This document shows positions 49,231 to 58,797 of a stretch of DNA of 64,000 bases, in pieces (position 1 is the first letter of the stretch; each line of letters begins with the position of its first letter). The DNA is taken from contig JAWOEX010000028.1 of NCBI GenBank assembly GCA_046482545.1, forward strand, positions 1 to 64,000, read 5' to 3'. A model generated the notes under the pieces. That model was not told the DNA's origin, ran no database searches, and saw only the letters and a program-made list of their open reading frames with translations. The position numbers and the translations under genes are program-made. This DNA is from Candidatus Thorarchaeota archaeon (GTDB lineage: Archaea > Asgardarchaeota > Thorarchaeia > Thorarchaeales > Thorarchaeaceae).

Positions 49231-49653
49231 ATGGCTAGCACAGTTGTAGGTTCAGTTCGAATAACCACAGAACGCAGTATTCAAGTGAAAGATGTTACGG
49301 GTTCAATACACCAGTGGCTCCGTGATAATGATGCTGAGGAAGGAATACTCACGATTTCCAGTAGTCACACAACCGCAGGTTTAACCATAAATGAAGCTGA
49401 ATCAGGACTGATGAGCGACATAGAAAATCATCTTGAGAAGTTGGTGCCAAGGAACCAAGGCTATGAGCACGATAGGGTTGACAATAACGCTCACGGGCAC
49501 ATAATGACATTACTGATTGGATCGACAGAATCAGTTCCGGTCAAATCCGGAAAGCTTGTACTGGGGACTTGGCAACGTGTATTGTTTGTCGAATGCGATG
49601 GACCCAGAAGCAGGTTTATCAGCTTAGCATTCGTGGGAAGCAAGAAGTCCTAA
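49231..49653 (+). CDS. YjbQ / UPF0047 (secondary thiamine-phosphate synthase) family protein
   Basis: HTTAGLTINE, YEHD...NAHGHI, LGTWQ, ECDGPR. Confidence 0.92.
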   Translation: MASTVVGSVRITTERSIQVKDVTGSIHQWLRDNDAEEGILTISSSHTTAGLTINEAESGLMSDIENHLEKLVPRNQGYEHDRVDNNAHGHIMTLLIGSTESVPVKSGKLVLGTWQRVLFVECDGPRSRFISLAFVGSKKS

Positions 49654-49666
49654 ATCTGAGTGACAG

Positions 49667-49954
49667 TCATTGCATCGGCGACTCTGTGGGCACAAGATAC
49701 TGTCCGTGAGTGGCTCCGCTCTTCTGTTGACTGTACTTGTGCCGTACCTTTGGGAACGTCTTCTTCATCAGCTTGTCAACTTGGCGTCTTTCTATGCTGT
49801 TTTTCCTGTACCGTACTGTGACCTTCACGAATTTCCAGCCATGCATGCGAATGTCAATGGGCTGGACAGCATTCTCTTTGAATCTTTTCTCAACTGACTC
49901 GAGATGGTTCTCGACGTTCTCCGCGTTCTTGGCAATGTTTGATTGAGCGTTCAT
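49667..49954 (-). CDS. Hypothetical basic protein
   Basis: 95-aa ORF filling the gap between convergent genes; purine-rich leader. Confidence 0.5.
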   Translation of the reverse strand: MNAQSNIAKNAENVENHLESVEKRFKENAVQPIDIRMHGWKFVKVTVRYRKNSIERRQVDKLMKKTFPKVRHKYSQQKSGATHGQYLVPTESPMQ

Positions 49955-50158
49955 TTCCTTATCTTCCCTGTATTCTGTATTCTCTCTTCCAAAAAGGTTT
50001 CAAGGCTATTTGGTTAGTTTGGAATCTTCTTGGCTACTAACTGGTATTCAAGCCACTGACCTTTCCTTATCAATCCCTCGGACCGTAAGCTACTGACTAG
50101 ATTGGCTACCCGTGCTAGTGAAAGTCTCTTGTCCGAAACGTGAGCACAGTTTTCGAGA

Positions 50159-50959
50159 TTATGGTGAGGTATGGAATCTCGCCACATCGTGTCCACCCAT
50201 GAACTCCCATTCACCTTCTACACCATGTGCAAGTGCGCCTACCTCTAAATGAAGCATGGCAATACCACAGTCCAGTCTGCGGTCCTTTAGATTCTTGGTA
50301 TATTTCTCAGCTACTCTGACTAGCACACTGTCGGATTCAACCCGAAACCTCCACGGCTGCATGTTTCCTGCGGAAGGTGCGAATCTAGCCAATTCCAGAC
50401 TCTCTCGTATCCATTCATCCAAGTCTTCGAATTCATTCGTAACGAGATTTTCCAGCGGTTTTCTGCCATGAGAACCCGTAGCTTTCTTCAACACTTTCTC
50501 TGAGAAGGTCAGGTCCTCTTTTGCATAGCCAACCGGCGTGATTGCAAGCAGTGTTTCATTTGATTCTAGAGGTGTTTTCAGTTCTGCATCGGCTCGTTTT
50601 AGCCAGCCCGCAATCCAGCACGTATCAAGACCCATTGCCGTTGCTTCCAGAATAAGGCCTTCACCCGTGTATCCAAGTGCAGCATACCCATTAGGATCTG
50701 ACTCGTCTACAATGAAAGCCATGTAGGCCTCAGCACCGGATATCTTCCCAAATGGACCAATAGCCCCTGTTACTAACTCGTCTGGCGATTCCTCCACAAG
50801 AAGAGAACGAACACTTCGAAATGGATGGAACTCGTCACAGAATCGCCTAAGTTGCTGAGCAGTGTCGTCCTGAAGCTGCCTCGATTGGAATTTCCTGCGA
50901 GAGTGTCTTTCGGGGATTGCTTTTGCCCACCGTTCTGCCGGGATGTTCATAGCATGCAT
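50159..50959 (-). CDS. Nitroreductase family protein (tandem TM1586-like)
   Basis: ERHSRRKF, ATAMGLDTCWI, APSAGNMQPWRF, DCGIAMLHLE. Start at 50950 or 50959. Confidence 0.88.
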   Translation of the reverse strand: MHAMNIPAERWAKAIPERHSRRKFQSRQLQDDTAQQLRRFCDEFHPFRSVRSLLVEESPDELVTGAIGPFGKISGAEAYMAFIVDESDPNGYAALGYTGEGLILEATAMGLDTCWIAGWLKRADAELKTPLESNETLLAITPVGYAKEDLTFSEKVLKKATGSHGRKPLENLVTNEFEDLDEWIRESLELARFAPSAGNMQPWRFRVESDSVLVRVAEKYTKNLKDRRLDCGIAMLHLEVGALAHGVEGEWEFMGGHDVARFHTSP

Positions 50960-51106
50960 TTGTGGAATTCTGCCTTTATACTTGTGTTGCTTGGATTTTT
51001 GATATTCCATAGAATGCACATTCTTTAGCCTAAAATAATGCACATAATTCCCAAATTTTATAAGAATAGACAATAGAAACTACAATGAGTACGGAGGATT
51101 TAGGAG

Positions 51107-51769
51107 ATGGCGAGAACAGATGAAGCTATCAAAAAGGACATTATTGACGAGCTTTATTGGGACAATCGCGTAGATTCATCCGACATCACCGTGCAGGTAG
51201 ATAATGGAGATGTTACCCTCAACGGTACTGTTTCAGATTATACCTCTTCGAAGAATGCAGTACTTGACGCTTGGGACGCCGAGGGTGTGACCGAAGTCAA
51301 GAACAATCTTGAAGTTGAAATTCCCACCGAAGTTAGTGTTCCAACTGACTCAGAGATTAAGTCTAACATTGCAGATATGCTGGAATGGAACGCCAGTATT
51401 GATGCATCTGAAATTGAAGTAGATGTCTCAGCTGGTGTGGTCACGCTCGACGGTGTAGTCGATGCATACTGGAAGAAGCTGAGAGCTGAAGACGTCACAT
51501 CAAGAGCCACTGGCGTACTCAATGTCGTCAACGAGCTCGCTGTTGTTCCAACTGAGGATGTCCTTGACAAGGCGATTGCCGAAGACGTGGTCTCTGCTCT
51601 TGAGACGAAATTCACAGTCAACGCTGATGATGTTGACGTGAAAGTAGAAGATGGCATTGTCACCTTGTCAGGAACTCTTCCAAGTTGGACTTCATATCGT
51701 GCAGCAATGGATGCGGCTGAGAACACCTTAGGCGTCACTGACGTCGTCGACCAACTCATCATCGAGTAA
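51107..51769 (+). CDS. Triple BON-domain protein (OsmY-like), no signal peptide
   Basis: Three repeats of DxxI...L...I.V.V.xGxVTLxG.V...A...GVxxVxNxL; GGAG SD. Confidence 0.92.
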   Translation: MARTDEAIKKDIIDELYWDNRVDSSDITVQVDNGDVTLNGTVSDYTSSKNAVLDAWDAEGVTEVKNNLEVEIPTEVSVPTDSEIKSNIADMLEWNASIDASEIEVDVSAGVVTLDGVVDAYWKKLRAEDVTSRATGVLNVVNELAVVPTEDVLDKAIAEDVVSALETKFTVNADDVDVKVEDGIVTLSGTLPSWTSYRAAMDAAENTLGVTDVVDQLIIE

Positions 51770-51787
51770 GCAGAGTAATCAGAACAC

Positions 51788-51840
51788 GGAAGGGGATTTC
51801 CCCTTCCAGCTATCTATTTTCTATTTCATTTTCTTCTGTT
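51788..51840 (+). terminator. Perfect 8-bp hairpin plus T-rich tract after the BON gene
   Basis: GGAAGGGG-ATTT-CCCCTTCC followed by T-rich sequence, between convergent genes. Confidence 0.7.
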
Positions 51841-51884
51841 TCTAACTGGTAACCAGATCCTACCGTACCCCGTTCCAATCTCAG

Positions 51885-54800
51885 TTACCCAGCTTGTTTT
51901 CTCCTAAGCATCACAATGACTATCAAAACCACGATAGCAGCCGCCGAAGCACCGACCACTAATAACAAAGTATCATCGAGTTCTACAGGAGGAAGCGTGG
52001 TTGTCGTAGATGTCGTGGTTGTGGTGGTAGTAGATGTTTCTGTTGTTGTAGTTGTTCCAGTTGTAGTGGTTGTCGTTGTACTCTCCATCATCACAGTCAC
52101 TATGACAGTATCGCTCATGGTGTTCCCGACTTCGTCAGCAAATACCACGGTGAAGTTGAAGGTACCAAGAGAAAGCCCATCTAAGTCTACAGTTATAACA
52201 TCACCCGTATCTGTCCAATCACCATTATCATACAGACTGCCATTCCTGTAGATGGTATATGAGTGCGGATGCACATCGCTGGCACTCCAAGCTATTTCAT
52301 GCCCAGTCGTCCCTTCATGGAAACTGATATCATCGACAGGATCTACCGCCGGAGCAGTAGCATCCACCAGAAATGTGTAATTTACATAAGCGGAATTCGA
52401 TGCTTGATCCGTGGCATAGACATGCAAGGTGTGCCATCCATCATCAGCAATCATTGGAATTGATGGGAACCAAGTAGTAGTTTCGTTTGTTGATGCATCA
52501 TCCCAGTGATAAAGCACATCTTCTGGATTGTTCTCGCTGATGGTAAGATTCACGAGAACTCCTGCTGGTTGCAGGGTACCATTTCCCGGAGCGTCCAATG
52601 AAATTTCCGGGGCGTCATTATCCAGCTCGAAAATGTAATGCTTATGGCTCCAATGACCCCATGTATCGTTTGCGTAGACATCTAGATGTTTGCTTCCGAC
52701 CACTCCGTTGATGGTTATCTGATAAGGTTCCTCCCATGTGTGATTGGTGGTACCCCAGCTATACAAGACCACATCGGTATCATCATCTGTAACGTTCACA
52801 TCTAGAAGTGTTCCGTCCTGAACAGCGGTGTTGTTGGCCGGTGTAGTTAGCAATATCGCTGGGGGATCATCAGTTGTAAAAACGAACAGTGCGGTGGCGT
52901 TATTGCCGCCAGTATCGTTGGCATAGACCCTCAGTATATGCTCGCCTTCACCAGAAGGTTGTGTCGCTGTGTATGGGTATTCCAATGTGGTATTATCCCT
53001 ACCGTCCCAACTTGCCGAAACCATCGCTACTCCTCCAAAATCATCCTCTACTAAAAGGGGGATGTCCCAACTAGTTGGAATCACTGATTCATTATCAATT
53101 ACAGATAGCGAAATCGTAGGGCTCTTGGTGTCTATCCCAAAACGAGTAAGGAAGCCGTCAGAATACCCACCAAAATTGTCTTGAAAGGCATTGCTGGTTG
53201 GAAAATCAGAAGATTCAGTAAGGCCTACGACTGTGAAGTTGCCATTCCACCAATGTACTACTGCTCTACCTTGGTCTAATCCACTACCACCCAAATACGT
53301 GGAAAAGTCGAGTGAGGTCAAGTCTGATGTCAGATTCACAACAAAGGCGTCCAGACTTCCTCCGATCGAGTCCTGATAGGCCGAGACTGTGGGAAAATCA
53401 GTAGACTTTGTCCATCCTGTAGCATAAACACCAGTCCCATAATCGGGACACCACAGACCATACAGAACATCACGATCTGAACCACCTAGATAAGTAGCTG
53501 CCAAGAGGTTTTTTCCATCAGCAGAAAGTTCCATTATGAAAGCGTCATCCTCACCAGCATTCGAATCGTCATATCCCTCAACCGAATAATACAAGTCATT
53601 CGAGTACGTACGGCCACCAATATAGACATCACATAATCCTTCAGTACTTGAGGGGGCCAGCTCAAGATCCAGTCCATAGTCATTGTCATTTCCTCCAGCA
53701 TAGGTACTCCAGTTGATTGAGCCCGCTGGGTTCAGTTTGGTAACAAAAATATCCCATAATCCGTCATTATAGTCCTGATAGTACCCTGCTGGTGAAGGGA
53801 AATCAGATGAGTATGTGGATCCTGTAACGTAGGCATGACACCATTCATCAACCCTAATTGCAAATTCCTGCGATGATTTCCATTCCCAGTGGGAACCACC
53901 CAGAAATCTCGAGAAGTTCAAACCACCTGTACTGTTAAACCGGGCAACAAAGGCATCATTGTCCCCCCCTTGGTAGGAACCAAAAGTGGTCGGAAAATCC
54001 GTGGAGCTAGTGTAGCCAACAATGTGAGGGCTGTAATAGCCCTCTTCACTCCAACAAACATCTATATCATATGCAGCATCGTCTTCTGATCCGCCCAAGT
54101 AGCTTCCGTACATCAATCCATTTCCTGTGTAATTCAATTTGGCAATGAAAGCATCCTTTGTGCTCATCCGACCGCTCTGGTAGGCATCATCGGTAGTTGG
54201 GAAATTTCGTGATGCTGTCTCACCTGTGATATAGACATGAGCCAAGTCGTCAAGTGCGATACCGCGTCCCCATTCTCCAAAGTTGCCTCCTATGAAAGTG
54301 CTATAAATTAACCCTCCCGTCTGATTCATTTTACACACAACAGCATCAGTTGAGGCTGCAGTCTCATCGTATCCATTCCTTGTCGGGAACCCGCTACTAC
54401 CCGTTCCGACAAGATATACGTATTCTCCCCCTTCTCCGTACGCGACATCAACGATACGATCCAAGCTGTCGCCACCCAAATATGTGCTCACAGGGATGCT
54501 CCAGGGGTCAATAATCAGGATCTCTGTGTTATCGTAAGTCGAAACTTCAAAGCCATACGAACGAGAGTCTATTCTTCTGAACCACGAGGGTACCTCTCTA
54601 CCGTCTTCCAAGAAAGAAATCAAGCCAGTATCTTTCAGTAATACCTTTCCACCCGATTCCACTGAGGTGACGATTACTGTGTTCTTGTCTACTTCAACTG
54701 AAGATTGGTCCCCAAACGATAGCTGAATTTCACTTGGATCTCCTCCGGACCTCACAATGAATTCGTATTTGAGCCCTCTCTCAGTCATGAAATAGCGCAA

Positions 54801-55322
54801 ATCGATATTTTCATACAAGGCAGGATACCAAATCTCCTGGAACGTAGGAACATTTGTGAAGCTATCATCACCAATGAAGTAGTTATTCTCATGTGAGTTC
54901 TTCTGCTTGCCAATTGGTTGACAATCGGGTCTGCCCTCAAAGTTGAGTTCGCTCATTCTGTACACTCCGTCCTGCTTCACAGCAAAGGTAATTTTGGATT
55001 CAGAAAAAGCAACAGACATACTACTTGACGTATAGTAGAATCTAATCTCCGGATCTCCGACCTGGCCCTTATTCTCTACAAATCCTGCAAATGGAATCGA
55101 CTCAGGAATCAGGCTACGGGAATTCTTCACAACGTTGTGAGAGGATAGCTGGTCTGTCCCATCATAGGTGTCATCCAAGCTGGGGCGCGAAATATCGATC
55201 TTCTGCTCCTCAGGATACGTAATCTGAGAGCCACTAGCTCCAATGGTAACAAATGGAGCCAGTAATAGCAGAAGGATTCCAAAAAGCAACAAGTGTGATT
55301 TCCTATACAAAGGTGATGGCAT
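51885..55322 (-). CDS. Large cell-surface protein: SBBP beta-propeller repeats, Ig-like domains, Thr-rich linker, C-terminal TM anchor
   Basis: Signal peptide, FVENKGQ, repeated STYLGGS..D/YxTGxTxSxDFP, YANDTxG Ig repeats, poly-T, TM followed by RRKQ; many NxT sequons. Confidence 0.9.
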   Translation of the reverse strand: MPSPLYRKSHLLLFGILLLLLAPFVTIGASGSQITYPEEQKIDISRPSLDDTYDGTDQLSSHNVVKNSRSLIPESIPFAGFVENKGQVGDPEIRFYYTSSSMSVAFSESKITFAVKQDGVYRMSELNFEGRPDCQPIGKQKNSHENNYFIGDDSFTNVPTFQEIWYPALYENIDLRYFMTERGLKYEFIVRSGGDPSEIQLSFGDQSSVEVDKNTVIVTSVESGGKVLLKDTGLISFLEDGREVPSWFRRIDSRSYGFEVSTYDNTEILIIDPWSIPVSTYLGGDSLDRIVDVAYGEGGEYVYLVGTGSSGFPTRNGYDETAASTDAVVCKMNQTGGLIYSTFIGGNFGEWGRGIALDDLAHVYITGETASRNFPTTDDAYQSGRMSTKDAFIAKLNYTGNGLMYGSYLGGSEDDAAYDIDVCWSEEGYYSPHIVGYTSSTDFPTTFGSYQGGDNDAFVARFNSTGGLNFSRFLGGSHWEWKSSQEFAIRVDEWCHAYVTGSTYSSDFPSPAGYYQDYNDGLWDIFVTKLNPAGSINWSTYAGGNDNDYGLDLELAPSSTEGLCDVYIGGRTYSNDLYYSVEGYDDSNAGEDDAFIMELSADGKNLLAATYLGGSDRDVLYGLWCPDYGTGVYATGWTKSTDFPTVSAYQDSIGGSLDAFVVNLTSDLTSLDFSTYLGGSGLDQGRAVVHWWNGNFTVVGLTESSDFPTSNAFQDNFGGYSDGFLTRFGIDTKSPTISLSVIDNESVIPTSWDIPLLVEDDFGGVAMVSASWDGRDNTTLEYPYTATQPSGEGEHILRVYANDTGGNNATALFVFTTDDPPAILLTTPANNTAVQDGTLLDVNVTDDDTDVVLYSWGTTNHTWEEPYQITINGVVGSKHLDVYANDTWGHWSHKHYIFELDNDAPEISLDAPGNGTLQPAGVLVNLTISENNPEDVLYHWDDASTNETTTWFPSIPMIADDGWHTLHVYATDQASNSAYVNYTFLVDATAPAVDPVDDISFHEGTTGHEIAWSASDVHPHSYTIYRNGSLYDNGDWTDTGDVITVDLDGLSLGTFNFTVVFADEVGNTMSDTVIVTVMMESTTTTTTTGTTTTTETSTTTTTTTSTTTTLPPVELDDTLLLVVGASAAAIVVLIVIVMLRRKQAG

Positions 55323-55422
55323 CTCCTACTCCTTTCTAAATAGCAAGGGTCAACACCGTCCCCGAATCATGAGTAATAAGTATTATCGGGACAAAAAACG
55401 GACAATAGGCCATTTGAATAAG

Positions 55423-55580
55423 TATATATGCACACAGGAGTGAGCATCTTTATACAGAGCAATATTGTGTTTGATTCGATTCGGTATAGGAATGTTTGTA
55501 GCATTTTTTCTGATTCTTATCATCTCAATGAGATACAACTCAATATTGAAAATTAACTCTGTGCAATAGGCGAAATAACA
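55423..55580 (+). promoter_or_regulatory. TATA box plus long structured 5' leader of cold-shock gene 1
   Basis: TATATAT at 55423; TACAGAG/CTCTGTG closing stem; paralogous to 56417-56575. Confidence 0.7.
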
Positions 55581-55793
55581 ATGGTAAAAGGAACAGTAAA
55601 GTGGTTTAACGCAAGAAAGAACTTTGGTTTTATTGAGCGAGAAGAAGGCGAAGATGTCTTCGTTCACGCCAGCGCAATCGAGAGCAATCGATTTCTCAGT
55701 GAAGGCGACAGAGTCGTATTCGAGACTGAGGAAAGCCCAAGAGGACTACGAGCAGTTAATGTAGTTCTTGAAGACGAGGTAGATGAGGTTTAA
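55581..55793 (+). CDS. Cold-shock domain protein (CspA family)
   Basis: [11 protein letters not shown]1 KNFGFI, RNP2 DVFVH, EGDRV. Confidence 0.95.
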   Translation: MVKGTVKWFNARKNFGFIEREEGEDVFVHASAIESNRFLSEGDRVVFETEESPRGLRAVNVVLEDEVDEV

Positions 55794-55848
55794 ACAGAGG
55801 TAGAAGAGAGCAAGCCAACAAACTACTAATCTCACCCAAGTAAACTCT

Positions 55849-55905
55849 GCTTGCGTTTATTCGTGAGCAGTACCAATTATTTTTTTGTTTTTGTTTTTGT
55901 TTTAC
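55849..55905 (+). terminator. Conserved 3' hairpin plus T-tract after csp1
   Basis: GCTTGCG-TTTATT-CGTGAGC followed by TTTTTTTGTTTTTGTTTTTGTTTT; paralog at 56958. Confidence 0.7.
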
Positions 55906-56416
55906 AGTCTCGTGTAGCATGTCGGCCGGCTCGCTGGAAGAGTCGGACAAAATACCATGCTCAACTTTAATCCGGTCAAGGAACATACGCAGGTACTTGA
56001 TATGACATCGTCTGGTGTGCTTCTCCCTTTGAGTGCGCTGTAGTCAATCCAGTGGATTGTTTTCACAGAGTCGGACTAGGATGACGAAAGACACGAAGCC
56101 CGAACCGTGTTCTGACAACATAGAATAGTTCCATGAATTGCAGATAATCAGAAATGCATATGCATCACAAAATCTTGCACTACCAAGACGCTGGCATCCG
56201 TGTCATCCCGCTAGTCGTTAGAGATGAACTCTGGTTTGTGACAATCGTTGTCACAGCAGTCTTGGTAGGTGACATCATCAGCACATACATGTCGCGAAGA
56301 GAAACCCAAACATCGTAACCGTGGATACACCGCCTGTTTCTCAGGTTGACATCATCATCTATCGTTGATGGATGGGAAAAGGAAGAAGGAAAACAAAGCG
56401 ATGAGTATTCCAAAAC

Positions 56417-56575
56417 TATATATGTGCAAATGAGCGCATTTCTAGTATACAGAGTAACATTGCGGTTGGTTTAGATTCGGTCTATGATGTTAGTAGCATT
56501 TTTTCTGATTCTGATCATGTCTCTATGACAAAACTCAATGTTGAGAATTAACTCTGTATAATAGCAAAATCGGAA
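56417..56575 (+). promoter_or_regulatory. TATA box plus long structured 5' leader of cold-shock gene 2
   Basis: TATATAT at 56417; 10-bp closing stem TATACAGAGT/ACTCTGTATA. Confidence 0.7.
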
Positions 56576-56911
56576 ATGTCTAACATGACACAACACGGTA
56601 CCGTAAAATGGTTTAGCGCAAGAAAGAACTATGGTTTTATTGAGCGTGAAGAAGGCGAGGATGTCTTCGTTCATGCCAGTGCAATCGAGAGCGATCGCTT
56701 CCTTAGTGAAGGGGATAGAGTCGTATTCGAGACTGAGGAAACTCCCAGGGGCATCAGGGCTCAACGCGTGGTTCTTGAGGATGAATACGACGAGGAATCG
56801 TACGAAGCATCCAAGGAAGACTTCGCAGAGGATGACCTAGAAGTAGAAGAGGACCTGGAAGTAGAAGACGACCTGGACGTAGAGGATGACCTGGACGTAG
56901 AGGAAATCTAG
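56576..56911 (+). CDS. Cold-shock domain protein with an acidic repetitive C-terminal tail
   Basis: GTVKWFS, KNYGFI, DVFVH; tail (D/E)DL(E/D)VE x4. Start at 56576 or 56585. Confidence 0.93.
   Translation: MSNMTQHGTVKWFSARKNYGFIEREEGEDVFVHASAIESDRFLSEGDRVVFETEETPRGIRAQRVVLEDEYDEESYEASKEDFAEDDLEVEEDLEVEDDLDVEDDLDVEEI
56831..56902 (+). repeat. 4 x 18-bp coding tandem repeat (DDLEVE-type)
   Basis: gatgacctagaagtagaa / gaggacctggaagtagaa / gacgacctggacgtagag / gatgacctggacgtagag. Confidence 0.9.
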
Positions 56912-56957
56912 AGGAACTCAGTTCTTAGCGCATCTGACTTTCTGTTCGGTTGTAAAC

Positions 56958-56997
56958 GCTCGCGGTTATCCGTGAGCAATATTTTCTTTCTTTTTTC
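56958..56997 (+). terminator. Conserved 3' hairpin plus T-tract after csp2
   Basis: GCTCGCGG-TTAT-CCGTGAGC followed by T-rich sequence. Confidence 0.7.
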
Positions 56998-57015
56998 CAT
57001 CTAGTTGTCTATCTG

Positions 57016-57957
57016 TTAAGTGAATCTACCGTATAGACAATGGGCATTGTTCCAGTAGATGTTCTTGAGAGCGGTTTTTGGCAATGAAAACCCGTTGATG
57101 TAGGTACCCCCTGAATCCGCGCTATCGGAATCTGGAAAGGGTAATGGCATATTCCGTACATCCGTCTCAAGCATCAACCTGAGAGATAGATGTCTTCCCT
57201 CGAAGTAATCCCAACCAGTGTCTCTAGCCACACAGTCAGTCCCGAACAGAATCCTATCAGAATAGTTTTCAAGGAACCACCTAGCCTTTTCGACATCTTT
57301 ACCAAGTTCTCTAACCATCCACCTCGCGGAGCCGGTATCTACATAGAAGTTGGAATAAGTGTCAAACCATCTTGCCAGGTTCTCCAGTCTGTGAATCTCT
57401 GGCTGTGCTGCAAAATGGGCTATCTGGAACTGGACGTTTGGATGCTTTCGGATAACCTCTTCTAGCTCCTTCAAATCCTCTTCTTTTGTTCGATATTTGG
57501 TTTTATCCGAATAATGGCTGCTATAATAGGTATCAGGATCGCTGAGATGCAAGAGGAATGGGGTATCCGTCTCTGCTAGGGCGGTAAACATTGGGTCTGC
57601 ACGGTCCACATCTAAGCGCAGAATATCCAAGTCAGATTTCACCCGATTCCTCACCTTGGGGGCTGATTGCATCTTCGCAACTTGGTAACCTCCACTACTC
57701 ATATCTCGAATTCCAGACGCTATGTATTCGAAGCCCTCTCTGGCGGCAAGGGTACCAGAGAAATACTTGGCAAAAACATACTTGTCAGGATACCTCTTAC
57801 AGACATATTGTTTATTTTCATCTCCATGAACGATAAGCAATCCCATATCAATGCCGAACTCGTTTTCGACTCCAATCAGAGTGTGCAGCGATTCTTGATT
57901 AACCAGATGTAGGTGAGCATCGAAAATCGGGCCCTGATATGTCAGTTTCTGTTCCAT
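57016..57957 (-). CDS. Amidohydrolase_2 family metal-dependent hydrolase
   Basis: IFDAHLH, LHLSD, IAHF, YVDTG, RILFGTD, IYWNNA. Start re-called to MEQK (57957). Confidence 0.85.
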   Translation of the reverse strand: MEQKLTYQGPIFDAHLHLVNQESLHTLIGVENEFGIDMGLLIVHGDENKQYVCKRYPDKYVFAKYFSGTLAAREGFEYIASGIRDMSSGGYQVAKMQSAPKVRNRVKSDLDILRLDVDRADPMFTALAETDTPFLLHLSDPDTYYSSHYSDKTKYRTKEEDLKELEEVIRKHPNVQFQIAHFAAQPEIHRLENLARWFDTYSNFYVDTGSARWMVRELGKDVEKARWFLENYSDRILFGTDCVARDTGWDYFEGRHLSLRLMLETDVRNMPLPFPDSDSADSGGTYINGFSLPKTALKNIYWNNAHCLYGRFT

Positions 57958-58051
57958 CAAAGACACTTGCGAGATGTTAAAGTGAGATACTGAAAACTCT
58001 GTCTGTACGACATTGATGAGAAAGACACAAAAGGAAAGCCTTAAACAGATA

Positions 58052-58765
58052 ATGATGAGGAATACAAATTTGAAACGAATTTTTGTAATACCAGCCGTGC
58101 TAACCATCATTACGATGTTTCTTGTGTCTCCCGTTGCAGCAGCAACCTCACAGGGACTCGAATGGGAGGTAGGCAATGGTGATAGATTTGACTTCACAAT
58201 GACTGCGACGGAAGAAGATGTGCCCAGCGAAGACATCTACATCAATATAACAGACACAGCATCTGATGCCATTCCGGATCCCCTTGAGAATTGGGGCGAC
58301 ATCCCAGAGCATAGCCATGGATTCTGGTGGTCAAACGGGACAACAATGGGCATGTCGACGCTGATATTCTTGGGCGTCTTCTTCGTTGGAGGTAAGTTCT
58401 CAGTTCCGCTAGGCAACTTCACTTTGTTGGAGAGCCTAATCAAGCCAGAACTAAGCGGTGAGGAAATCATTGATGAAGGTAACCTTTGGGGCGTAGAATG
58501 GAGCCAGGAAGAAACCACAACTGAGGATTTCAGAATAACCGCCACCTACAGCAAGAGTGACGGCTTCCTAGCTGAGTATAAGCTAGAAACGGTCAGCACC
58601 CTGAATGACACAGTTCTTGATTCCATAGAGGTAATCAGAAAAGATCTCCCAGCCGGGGGCGGCGGTTTGGATGACATCATCCAACTTGTTGAAGACAATA
58701 TCCTCTATGTAGGAATTGGTATCGTTGTACTTGTAGTTCTAGTTATGGCCTGTACGAGAAGATAA
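58052..58765 (+). CDS. Secreted/surface protein with C-terminal TM anchor
   Basis: Signal peptide ending PVAAA, LEWEVGNGDRFDF, YSKSDGFL, GGGG linker, TM followed by RR. Confidence 0.75.
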   Translation: MMRNTNLKRIFVIPAVLTIITMFLVSPVAAATSQGLEWEVGNGDRFDFTMTATEEDVPSEDIYINITDTASDAIPDPLENWGDIPEHSHGFWWSNGTTMGMSTLIFLGVFFVGGKFSVPLGNFTLLESLIKPELSGEEIIDEGNLWGVEWSQEETTTEDFRITATYSKSDGFLAEYKLETVSTLNDTVLDSIEVIRKDLPAGGGGLDDIIQLVEDNILYVGIGIVVLVVLVMACTRR

Positions 58766-58768
58766 AAC

Positions 58769-58797
58769 GGGTGGTTCAACCCACCCTCTTTTTTTTA
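58769..58797 (+). terminator. Hairpin plus poly-T between convergent genes
   Basis: GGGTGG-TTCAAC-CCACCC-TCTTTTTTTT. Confidence 0.7.

Noticed and set aside
51995-52085. GTT/GTA/GTG-rich low-complexity tract
   Set aside because: Encodes the Thr-rich linker of the surface protein.
56160-56318. 52-aa ORF with one hydrophobic stretch between the csp genes, and AGAGTCGGAC occurring twice nearby
   Set aside because: No SD or family motif; two 10-mers are not enough to call a repeat or array.
56831-56902. Tandem repeats as a CRISPR array
   Set aside because: No spacers, in-frame coding repeats, and no cas genes.
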